From: Promethearchaeati archaeon SRVP18_Atabeyarchaeia-1
GTDB taxonomy: Archaea; Asgardarchaeota; Atabeyarchaeia; Atabeyarchaeales; Atabeyarchaeaceae
Assembly (NCBI GenBank): GCA_037308085.1
Contig: CP147779.1
Location: 1-64,000 of the forward strand
Reading direction: 5' to 3'
DNA length: 64,000 bases
Shown here piece by piece: positions 37,302 to 46,207 of this stretch. Position 1 is the first letter of the stretch; each line of letters opens with the position of its first letter. Below the pieces are notes generated by a model. The model worked only from the letters and a program-made list of their open reading frames with translations. It was not told where the DNA came from and made no database searches. Both the position numbers and the translations under genes were made by a program.

Positions 37302-39362
37302 CTAGCAGCCCTTCCAGAAGGAGCCAATAGGTGTAGCGCTGAACTCGTAGTCTGCCCAGCCCGAAGACATCGTTGGCGTGATTATCATGATAGTGTAGAT
37401 TGGCTTGTTGGCGAATCCGAGTGATGCACCTTTCTGCGTCATCTCGCACAGCCACATATCCACGGGGACATAGACCGTGCCGCAGCAAGTCGGTATCACG
37501 GAGACCAATGTGACCTGCCATTTCACCGCAGGAGTCACTGGCGTCAGCTTGAATGAGTTGTCGCTCACACTTGCACTTTTGATGAACCATCCCTCATATT
37601 CAGCCGCCCAGTCGGTCATATAACGGAATCCGATCATCACTTTTTGTCCAGCGTAGGCAGAAAGGTCAAATGTCATTGTAGTCCATTCTGGCCACTCAGG
37701 GTTGTAGTCTGTTAGTCCTGGTAGATTCGCGATTATGTCAGGGTGCGCAGATGGATCGTAGTCGGAGGTCGTATAGGCATTTGACAGCGATGTCCATGTC
37801 TTACCTTTGTCCGTTGAGACCTGCACGAAGCCGAAGTCCCAGTAGGATTCTATTCCCCAACTCGTCACTAGTGTCAGGTATGGCTTTGATGGATTCACAT
37901 ACGCGCTTCCTTGTAGCAACGCGTTGTAGAGATCGGACGCTCCCGACCACCAGTAGCCCGCAGAACTATCATAGGTCCACCCAGCGATCCTGTCTCCACT
38001 AAAAGAGACTAGCCCTAGCTTATTCCAATTCTGGAACATGACGTAGTCGGTGCCGTAAGGTGCGATCTTTGATACACCAGTGTCGTAACCCAAGATGGTA
38101 TTTGTCGTCCCAAAGTCAGTGCCCTTCGTCATCGGAATCGGCAAGCCTGAGGTTTCATAGATTCTCACAGGGATGAAAGCAGGATCATTCAGGTTGATCG
38201 TCTTGTAGTTGTACTTTCCATTGCACGGGAAGTCTGACCGAACAAGGTTCGCTATTCTCATATCATGGTAGACCTGGTCGAAAGTCACTTTGTATCCGAA
38301 ATGCGCCAGAGCGCTGTTTACGCCGTCCATCCCCGGGATGCCTGTCTCAACGAAGTAACTTATGAAGGCAGCTCCGCCGTAGTGATCACTTAGGTAGATG
38401 GTCCACAAAGCAGCTATACCGTAGTCAGCCAAGATGTTTATGCCTCCCTGGTCGCCCCATTGCGTCAGCGAGTTGTCGGGCGTATAGAAGTAGCTGTTGA
38501 TGTCGCTGACAGGTGCTCCGTATCCACAGAGAACTTGGGCGTACATGCTGCACCCCTCGTTCATGTACAGATCGTCGGCAGGTTGCCAGTCGTTGTGTAT
38601 CAGGTGCTGGTATTCATGTGCGAGTGTGCCCTCGTAGTCGAAAGCATGATTGGCAGGAACTGCAACCCCCTGTATCCACTCGGTGCCAGTGGGTCCCAGT
38701 CGCCTTTCCCATTGATAGCAGTCTATTGTTACAGTGTTCCTGTCAAAGTAGTAGTCGTATGCACTGGTGAACACACCGGCCACGTAGTATGGGTAGGTTG
38801 GATCGTAGTAGTTCTGGTCTCTGATATTCGCGACCAGTACCACGCTCCTGCCGGATGGATCAGCATAATAGTCAGCTGGCAGGCCGAGAATCCCCGGCAA
38901 GGCTGCGTTGGAACCGTCTCTGAAAGCTGGGTCGCCGAAGTACTTCGTGTCAGTGGGGTAGATATTGTTCTCAAATTGCCCAAAGAGGTACGCTATCTCC
39001 GTGTCGAGTACCTGTGGGGTAGGTCTGGTGTCACCTGCTCGCCATGCTAGGCTTACTTGTACCCAGATCTCACACACGTTGCCTAACGCAACTAGCGTAA
39101 AGGGTGCAAGCCTAACGCTGTTGTAGTAGTCGTCGAGTACCAGCCAGTACGCTATGTCTCCCACGTTGAAGTATGAGTGGTGGCTCGGTCCCTGAATAGG
39201 CTCTTCGACGCTGCAAGGATATAGTGGGGCATTTGCGATGTCTATCGCCTTGTAGTCTTGAGAGTCAACTGGTTGGGCCTTTACGGCCGGCACGACAGGC
39301 GCAAAAGCGAACGCTGAGATCAACATCGTAGCCATTATCAGAAATACAACTGCTCTTCTCAT
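37302..39362 (-). CDS. secreted zinc metallopeptidase (immune inhibitor A/M6/M30-like)
   Basis: signal peptide, TLAHEYQHLIH, MNEG, C-terminal WDFGFVQVSTD...FRYMTD beta domain. Confidence 0.85.
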   Translation of the reverse strand: MRRAVVFLIMATMLISAFAFAPVVPAVKAQPVDSQDYKAIDIANAPLYPCSVEEPIQGPSHHSYFNVGDIAYWLVLDDYYNSVRLAPFTLVALGNVCEIWVQVSLAWRAGDTRPTPQVLDTEIAYLFGQFENNIYPTDTKYFGDPAFRDGSNAALPGILGLPADYYADPSGRSVVLVANIRDQNYYDPTYPYYVAGVFTSAYDYYFDRNTVTIDCYQWERRLGPTGTEWIQGVAVPANHAFDYEGTLAHEYQHLIHNDWQPADDLYMNEGCSMYAQVLCGYGAPVSDINSYFYTPDNSLTQWGDQGGINILADYGIAALWTIYLSDHYGGAAFISYFVETGIPGMDGVNSALAHFGYKVTFDQVYHDMRIANLVRSDFPCNGKYNYKTINLNDPAFIPVRIYETSGLPIPMTKGTDFGTTNTILGYDTGVSKIAPYGTDYVMFQNWNKLGLVSFSGDRIAGWTYDSSAGYWWSGASDLYNALLQGSAYVNPSKPYLTLVTSWGIESYWDFGFVQVSTDKGKTWTSLSNAYTTSDYDPSAHPDIIANLPGLTDYNPEWPEWTTMTFDLSAYAGQKVMIGFRYMTDWAAEYEGWFIKSASVSDNSFKLTPVTPAVKWQVTLVSVIPTCCGTVYVPVDMWLCEMTQKGASLGFANKPIYTIMIITPTMSSGWADYEFSATPIGSFWKGC

Positions 39363-39745
39363 TTGTCGATTTTCCCTCTTCCAATTCTTAACTCTGTGGG
39401 GGGGGTCACCTTCGTTGCTGCTTTTCAGCTTTGCGGTGAAGAGCCTGAATTAGATACTTCTCGAAATCTCGCGTCGATTCAATGCCTAGAAGCGAGAAAA
39501 AGTCAACGGTAGTCATCCTAGTCCGGAGCTTATCCTCAATAATCGTCTTCGAACTAGATCTCCGCTTTGACCTATCAGAAGTTGGGCGGACTTTCAATGA
39601 CCCTACGCTGGACTGGGCGCTCAATAGCTTTGGAAAGCACGGGAAAAAAAGACAAGCGCCCTCATTCCTCTGCAAGTCATAAAGAGAGGCAAAGGGAGCC
39701 GATTCTTGATCAAGCTAACAATCAATAGGGAAAGTAGAACCGCTA

Positions 39746-40198
39746 CTAGCCCATTATCTGCTTCTCAAGTTTGTCGGCTAGGTCAAAGACTATGTCCTGG
39801 AAGCTTAGCCTGACCACGGGGCCGTGTATTCCTTCCAAGAAGTCGTTGAGGCCTCTAATTGCGTGTAGTAGGTCCAGGTCGCTTTTCGCCATGTTTACGT
39901 TGAAGAGGACGGTTGTGAGCTCCTCACCCGCTTCTCTGATTAGGACCTCTTCGAGGGAGAGCTTGATTTTCTGAGCCAGGCTCGATTCGCAGAGGGAGAA
40001 CTCTGTTCCCTGCTGGTTCTTCTTCACGACATCCGCTTTCTGGAGCTGAGCCAAGATATCCTTTACTTTTGCCTGGTTATAGCCCGTCAGATCAGCGATC
40101 TTTTTCGGTGATATTTTCTCGAAAGCCACTATGACTTTCGTCACCTGCGTAGATTCTGGCGTGGACAATAACCGCTCTATGGAACTCATGGTCAGCAT
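39746..40198 (-). CDS. winged-helix transcriptional regulator
   Basis: ISPKKIADLTGYNQAKVKDILAQLQKADVV. Confidence 0.6.
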   Translation of the reverse strand: MLTMSSIERLLSTPESTQVTKVIVAFEKISPKKIADLTGYNQAKVKDILAQLQKADVVKKNQQGTEFSLCESSLAQKIKLSLEEVLIREAGEELTTVLFNVNMAKSDLDLLHAIRGLNDFLEGIHGPVVRLSFQDIVFDLADKLEKQIMG

Positions 40199-40373
40199 CT
40201 CTGATCATTAACGCGTCAAACTTCTATATGAAGCATTTCGTTCAGATCTGGATCAAAGGGATTACCGTGTTGCGAACTTCACCGTTCTCGGCGCCTGATC
40301 GCAGACGTGATCACGGGGACGATATCGCGCATTGGTTATACTCAGTTGTAAGAACTCAGTAGCAGGGAACTTC

Positions 40374-40907
40374 TCACACAAAGGAAATTGCGCCGTATTT
40401 GCAGTAGATCTCGCAGTCTCTGCATATCGAGCTGGTTACGCTACTTCTCCGGCATTTTGCTAGGTCGACAATTACCACTTTCCCGTTCTTGATTGCCAGC
40501 ACTAGTTTGCTTCTGTCAGCGGGCTCTCTGCCATAGGATGTGACTGGTTCCTCAGCTTGGTTGACCGGGCAGATCTCGACGCAGACCCCGCAGCCCGTGC
40601 ATTTGTTCTCATCAATCACAATTCCAGTTTTGGAGGCTTTTTCGAGAGGTGCAAGCACGTGCCTGAGTTCCTCGAGCTGCTTTGAGAAGCGAGGCTCCAT
40701 TAGCGGCGGGCAAGCTTCCGCTTTCATCTCGCCCTTCTGCAACCTGTATACGAAGGCCATACAGCTTGCTTCGCCACATTTCCCGCAATTGAGTTTCGGA
40801 AGAAGTTTATACAGTTGTAGGGGGCTTATACTTGCCATAAGTTCAAGCTCCATCCCGCAAGACTCTGCATTTGTGAGAACACGTCGAACTCCCTTCGGGA
40901 AGTTCAA
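40374..40907 (-). CDS. FeS-domain plus 4Fe-4S ferredoxin protein
   Basis: YKLLPKLNCGKCGEASCMAF...CPPL, CTGCGVCVEIC, C...CRDCEIYC; likely ATG at 40853 or 40838. Confidence 0.8.
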   Translation of the reverse strand: MNFPKGVRRVLTNAESCGMELELMASISPLQLYKLLPKLNCGKCGEASCMAFVYRLQKGEMKAEACPPLMEPRFSKQLEELRHVLAPLEKASKTGIVIDENKCTGCGVCVEICPVNQAEEPVTSYGREPADRSKLVLAIKNGKVVIVDLAKCRRSSVTSSICRDCEIYCKYGAISFV

Positions 40908-41509
40908 GCGCTTTTGGGCTGTCGTACTCGTTTGCGTCTTTCGCGCTTGGCCTTACTATCAGTTCTTCTCACAGCGGGTGTGATACTGATTCTGTATTGA
41001 TTTAACGTTTTGTCTAGCACAGTTGAGAAGGAAAGGGTTTCAAGAACCGCATCGAGTTTGTCGGCAAACCACAAAACCAGAGATATTCCGGATGAGGGAG
41101 GGAAACGTGGATTCAATGGAAACATGTGAGAGTAGATCGCCTTGGAGACCTCATAGGACTCGCCTAGCCTATGTGATATCAAGGCGCCTCTTGAGGCGTG
41201 TCTCAGTATTTGGACTATGCGAGGCTCGCTGGATCTTGGATCAAGGCCACAGTCATGCAGGAGGCCTGCTCTTGCCGAGATTCCTCTGTCAAGGCCGAGG
41301 ATGCCAGCGACCGTGTAGCAAATGTACGCGACTCTTAGACAGTGGTTTAGTCGAATCTTCTTCGCGAAGGTAGCACCATTTTCCCCTTTCATTAATGAGC
41401 GATGGTGAACTCGGTGTCCTGGGTAATACGCCATGCGACTGACTTCTTTCGTCTTTAGCAGATCTGCAATCCTGCTCATGAAGTCTCTTAGCATTCGAGT
41501 CGCCAGCAT
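40904..41509 (-). CDS. HD-domain phosphohydrolase
   Basis: HCLRVA, GLLHD, HASRG, SHMFP, ADKLDA. Confidence 0.75.
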   Translation of the reverse strand: MLATRMLRDFMSRIADLLKTKEVSRMAYYPGHRVHHRSLMKGENGATFAKKIRLNHCLRVAYICYTVAGILGLDRGISARAGLLHDCGLDPRSSEPRIVQILRHASRGALISHRLGESYEVSKAIYSHMFPLNPRFPPSSGISLVLWFADKLDAVLETLSFSTVLDKTLNQYRISITPAVRRTDSKAKRERRKRVRQPKSA

Positions 41510-41572
41510 TCAATTCGAAGAAAATGGATTGAGTCGCAGATCAGAGGCGCCTCGTGGTGCTTCCTGCCTGAC

Positions 41573-42040
41573 CTATTCAACCTTGACTTCCACAGATATC
41601 CCTTTTCTAACCGCCTCTGTCACTATGCAGTAGTCCTGGAATATCTGGTAGCACCTATCACCCTTCTTAGCGTCGTCAGGCGATTTGAATTCTGGATGCA
41701 TTCCGACTTTTAGTTGTTTTACTCTCAGACGTCCTGCTTCGTTTCTCGCTATTACTGCCTCAACGTCTGTCTTGAGACTCTTTAGTTCAATCTTACTTCT
41801 CTTCAGGCAGAATGCCAAGCTAGCGCTGAGGCAGTTGCCTATTGCTGCTGCCAACAACCTTGATGCGTTAGGCCCCTCGCCACCACCGCCAACTTCAGGC
41901 GGTTCATCAGTCTTCACGGGAGGTACCTTGGGGAGGTCAAAACTCACTAGGAAAGCCAGATCATGTTGGAGGGTTACAGTGACCTTGGCAGTCGTCTCCT
42001 GTATTCTTGCATCTTTCTTCTGTTCCTTACTTTCACTCAA
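41573..42040 (-). CDS. OsmC-family protein
   Basis: DEPPEVGGG.GPN..LLAAAIGNC, DYCIVTEAVR. Confidence 0.9.
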   Translation of the reverse strand: MSESKEQKKDARIQETTAKVTVTLQHDLAFLVSFDLPKVPPVKTDEPPEVGGGGEGPNASRLLAAAIGNCLSASLAFCLKRSKIELKSLKTDVEAVIARNEAGRLRVKQLKVGMHPEFKSPDDAKKGDRCYQIFQDYCIVTEAVRKGISVEVKVE

Positions 42041-42096
42041 AATCCATTCTCACCTAGTTCCTTCTCTGTCTCATGATACCCTCTAATTGGTGGTCA

Positions 42097-42303
42097 TTAT
42101 TTAGCTTTGCTTGCTCTCCGAAAGACCAGGGATCCATTGGGGCAGGCTTGAATGCAGAGCAAGCATTCTCCTCTCTTCAGGCATCTCTCGAAGTCTATGT
42201 GGAATGAGTCTCCTTCGTATTCGATCGCCTCTACGGGGCATGTGGTTACGCATATCCGGCAATGCTTGCAGCGATCTGCGTGTTCCAGCTTGGGATAGTA
42301 CAA
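42097..42303 (-). CDS. small 2[4Fe-4S] ferredoxin
   Basis: CKHCRICVTTC and CLKRGECLLCIQAC. Confidence 0.8.
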   Translation of the reverse strand: MYYPKLEHADRCKHCRICVTTCPVEAIEYEGDSFHIDFERCLKRGECLLCIQACPNGSLVFRRASKAK

Positions 42304-42509
42304 TGTTCGGCTCCCCTATCGATACATCAAGTCGATGAAGCTTGTATGTACTGTTTCTCCGTGGACTAAAGTGCTTTTGAGCGTTCTAATCAGGATATTC
42401 GTGCATCTCCTTAATTCTAGACCAGGGGGTTTTTGGCGATAGGCTTATCAACCAGTAAACTTGATCGATCGGCAGTGGGGCATGAAAGAAGGAGAAGGAA
42501 ACAAGAATA

Positions 42510-43178
42510 TTGGGGATGCTTTCAGACAAGGAGAAGCAACATCTGCAAGAAGTCTTCGACAAGTCACTCGACGGCGAAGTCAAGATGGTAATGTTCACCC
42601 AGGAGTTCGAGTGCGAGACATGTAAAGATACGAAGGAGATGCTGCTGGAACTGGAACAGACCTCACCTAGGCTCAAAGCAGAAGTGTACGACTTTGTGAA
42701 GGACAAGGAGAAAGTAAAGGAATTCAACATCGACAAGATACCAGCCATTGCCCTGGTCGACAAGAAAAAGAACTACCTCAGATTCTACGGCGCACCCGCA
42801 GGGTATGAATTCACGACGTTGGTTGAAGATATCATTGACGTTTCCACCGGAAAGACTGGGCTCTTGCCCGAAACCAAGGAGAAGTTGCAGAAGATCAGTA
42901 AACCCATCCATATACAGGTTTTCTCAACTCCCACATGCCCGTATTGCCCGCAAGCTGTGAGGTTGGCGCACCAGTCTGCAATTGAGAACGATTCCATTAG
43001 AGCAGACATGGTTGATGTGGTTGAGTTCCCCTTTTTGTCCCAGAGATATGCTGTCATGAGTGTTCCGAAAACCGTGATAAATGAGGCAATCAGCTTCGTT
43101 GGGGCGCTTCCTGAAGAACGGTTCCTTGAGTACGTTCTCGCGGCGCAGAGCAAGGCTGACAGCACCATGTTCATATAG
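42510..43178 (+). CDS. archaeal protein disulfide oxidoreductase (two thioredoxin folds)
   Basis: CETC and CPYC, FYGAPAGYEF, SVPKTVIN. Confidence 0.92.
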   Translation: MGMLSDKEKQHLQEVFDKSLDGEVKMVMFTQEFECETCKDTKEMLLELEQTSPRLKAEVYDFVKDKEKVKEFNIDKIPAIALVDKKKNYLRFYGAPAGYEFTTLVEDIIDVSTGKTGLLPETKEKLQKISKPIHIQVFSTPTCPYCPQAVRLAHQSAIENDSIRADMVDVVEFPFLSQRYAVMSVPKTVINEAISFVGALPEERFLEYVLAAQSKADSTMFI

Positions 43179-43467
43179 CGAGGATTCCTGGCTGAGAAAG
43201 CTAATGACGTATCTGCCCCAGAAGTGTCAAGACGCTCTATTTTAGAGTATTCTGTCGGTAGATTCGATCTCAATGCGTGGGCTGGACGTACGGTCACAAA
43301 ATGAGTTTGGGACTCGGTTTGCTCTCTGCTTGCGTTAGGCACAACCTGTTGATGGATTTGGATCCTAGAATTCATCAGATAATGCTTTTATATCAGCAGT
43401 TGGAGAAGGATAACCATTTCACAGACATGAATTATAGTGAACTCTGGACTTTCTTTAGTGGCAAAAG

Positions 43468-45810
43468 GTGAGGAACAGCTTGGATTTCAATCAGACAGAG
43501 ACCATCTTCCTTGGCATGATAATCAGTATAGCCATAGCTGGTTTGATCTATGCAGTGGTACTTTCACGTCAGACTCTGAGACATCCGACTGGAACGAAGG
43601 AAATGAACAAGATTTCCTTGGCTATTAGGATCGGCGCTAACTCATACCTGAAAAAGCAACTTACTTCAATAGCGGCTGTGCTTGTTCTTCTAGCGCTACT
43701 TCTATTCCTAACTGCTGCACCGCCCCCGCTTTATCCTGTTGACTATCCATCAGTTCAGTTGGGTCGCACGCTGGCATTTGTCATGGGCGCCATATTCTCT
43801 GCCTCCGTTGGATTCGTTGGAATGAATATTGCGACTAGGGCGAACGTGAGAGTTGCGGCCGCCGCAGGCAGGAGTTTCGCGGATGCCCTCAAGATAGCGT
43901 ACAGAGGTGGGACAGTAACCGGCATGTTGACTGATGGCCTGGGACTGCTCGGGGGTGCACTTATATTCGTTTTCTACCGCGAATATGCCTACCAAGCTTT
44001 ACTGGGTTTTGGATTCGGTGGCACGCTCATAGCTCTATTCTACAGAGTCGGCGGGGGAATATACACCAAAGCGGCGGACGTGGGAGCGGACCTAGTTGGC
44101 AAGGTCGAGAAAGGGATCCCTGAAGATGACCCACGAAACGCAGCAGTCATAGCTGACCTAGTTGGTGATAATGTCGGAGACTGTGCAGGCATGGCTGCCG
44201 ACATCTTCGAGTCCTACGAAGTCACCATGGTCGCAGCAATGATACTAGGTATCTTAGCATTCCCACCCTACGATCCTATTACTCACGTGGCAACTGGTTT
44301 CGGTTTCAAAGGTGTTCTGTTCCCATTGATGGTTCGTTCCATCGGCGTTCTGAGCTCGATAATTGGAACCTATGCGGTTAGAGTTCGCGGCGAAAGGCAT
44401 AATGCGATGAGGGCAATATTCCGTGGATACACTCTTGCTGCAATAATCTCGATAGCGGGCTTCATCTTCCTGAGCTTCACCTATATGCAGGGACTAACCG
44501 ACCCAGTGAGCGGTTTGCCGATTGAGTGGTGGAAGTTCCCAATAGCATTGGGCGCGGGGATCGCGCTTGCCGTCTCGACTAATCGACTGACTGAACACTT
44601 CACCTCGACGGAGCGGGCACCCGTCAAGGGCATGGCAAGATCCTGCCAGACTGGCGCTGCGACAAACATCCTGTCAGGTATCGCCGTTGGATACGAATCG
44701 AGTGTCTGGGCCATATTAGCCATAGGCGTGGCAATCTTTGTGTCGGTTGTCGTCTTTAGCACACTGGGCATAGTTGCGTTCTATGGAGTTGCGCTTTGCG
44801 GCATCGGGCAGTTGACACTCACTGGAAACAATGTTGCGATGGACAGCTTCGGACCAATCTCAGATAATGCGAATGGAATTGCCGAGATGGCTAAGGGTGA
44901 GCCGCTGAGCACCGGAGCAAGGCAAGTCTTGGCTGACCTTGATGCGGTGGGAAACACAACTAAGGCAGTGACAAAATCAATAGCCATAGCTTCGGCAGTA
45001 ATCGCAGCGGTCTCTCTCTTTAAGTCCTATACAACTGATGTCCCACACGAGATAAGTTTGCCGCCCATGAGCCTAGACATAGCAATGCCACTGGTCTTCA
45101 TAGGGTTACTCATCGGAGGAGCAATACCATTCCTATTCAGTTCAATTGCAGTCAGGGCAGTCGGCAGAGCGGCATCTATGATGGTAGGCGAAGTGAGAAG
45201 GCAGTTCACAGAGATCAAGGGACTTTGGGAAGGAAAGGCTGAACCAGACTACGCCAGATGCGTAGGAATCTCGACCAGGGCCGCCCAGAAAGAGCTACTT
45301 GTTTTGGGGGTGCTGGCGATAGCTTCGCCCCTACTTGTGGGACTTCTTCTAAGCGGCGCGGCGCTAGGTGGATTCCTCGCAGGAGCCATCCTTGCAAGCC
45401 AACTGCTAGCAGTGTTCATGGCCACTTCGGGCGGGGCGTGGGATAACGCGAAAAAGAGCATAGAGGATGGACTATATGGCGGCAAAGGCTCGGAAGCGCA
45501 CAAGGCATCAGTTATCGGAGACACGGTGGGCGATCCTCTAAAGGACACAGCTGGACCGGCATTGAATCCGATGATGAAGGTAATAAACTTGATTTCAATA
45601 CTTATGGGCTCTTTGATAATGAAGAATTCATTGATAACCAGTGATCTTGTGCTGAACCCATCAGTTCTCATAGCCGTTGTTGTGGCTCTACTGGCTGCAG
45701 CCATCGCATTTGCGCTCTGGTACAGCAAGAGGGAGATGGAAGTCATAGGAGAGGGACGGAAGGAAACGGGCGAGAAAGGCAAGCCGCAGAAGAATCGCGT
45801 CAAGAAATAG
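43468..45810 (+). CDS. hppA: membrane-bound ion-translocating pyrophosphatase with K+-independent signature
   Basis: GGGIYTKAADVGADLVGKVE, DDPRN, GDNVGD, GNTTKA, GDTVGDPLKDTAGP; likely TTG at 43480 after GGTGAGG. Confidence 0.95.
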   Translation: MRNSLDFNQTETIFLGMIISIAIAGLIYAVVLSRQTLRHPTGTKEMNKISLAIRIGANSYLKKQLTSIAAVLVLLALLLFLTAAPPPLYPVDYPSVQLGRTLAFVMGAIFSASVGFVGMNIATRANVRVAAAAGRSFADALKIAYRGGTVTGMLTDGLGLLGGALIFVFYREYAYQALLGFGFGGTLIALFYRVGGGIYTKAADVGADLVGKVEKGIPEDDPRNAAVIADLVGDNVGDCAGMAADIFESYEVTMVAAMILGILAFPPYDPITHVATGFGFKGVLFPLMVRSIGVLSSIIGTYAVRVRGERHNAMRAIFRGYTLAAIISIAGFIFLSFTYMQGLTDPVSGLPIEWWKFPIALGAGIALAVSTNRLTEHFTSTERAPVKGMARSCQTGAATNILSGIAVGYESSVWAILAIGVAIFVSVVVFSTLGIVAFYGVALCGIGQLTLTGNNVAMDSFGPISDNANGIAEMAKGEPLSTGARQVLADLDAVGNTTKAVTKSIAIASAVIAAVSLFKSYTTDVPHEISLPPMSLDIAMPLVFIGLLIGGAIPFLFSSIAVRAVGRAASMMVGEVRRQFTEIKGLWEGKAEPDYARCVGISTRAAQKELLVLGVLAIASPLLVGLLLSGAALGGFLAGAILASQLLAVFMATSGGAWDNAKKSIEDGLYGGKGSEAHKASVIGDTVGDPLKDTAGPALNPMMKVINLISILMGSLIMKNSLITSDLVLNPSVLIAVVVALLAAAIAFALWYSKREMEVIGEGRKETGEKGKPQKNRVKK

Positions 45811-45832
45811 ATGACAACTCGCCACTCCTCTG

Positions 45833-45842
45833 TTTTTTTTTT
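45833..45842 (+). terminator. oligo-T terminator
   Basis: T10 run about 22 nt after the hppA stop. Confidence 0.55.
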
Positions 45843-46207
45843 GGACCTGCCAGTAGCCTTTGGTTTTTGCGAATTCGTTCTCACGGATAGCGTGTAAGTC
45901 GAGTATGCCGTGGCAAGGTTTCACGGGCTCGGACGCTAGGTCATCGATTATCCCGTCAGTGATCTCTTGAGAAATACTGGCGGAAGCCCACGACAAGGAA
46001 GGTAAAGCCAATTGAGCTTCTCTCCAACTCTCCAGAGCTCCTGGTCTTTAGGCCAACCCGTCATAAGGGACTTCGATGAAGGCGCCCGCCGAACGCGATG
46101 AGTCTTGTCAATTGTTCTCGGTATGGTCATGCGACCGTTGCGTGTGCACTGAGGAAGGAATCCAAAAAAATCATTCGAAGATCTGCCACACCTCACTGGG
46201 TGCGTGC

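Noticed and set aside
36863-37424. ORFs 36863-37093 (-) and 37026-37424 (+)
   Set aside because: They overlap the intron-containing tRNA and are shadows of it.
45850-46200. Possible RNase P or SRP RNA in the gap after hppA
   Set aside because: The conserved GAGGAAAGTCC and SRP helix-8 motifs were not found; the region remains unexplained.
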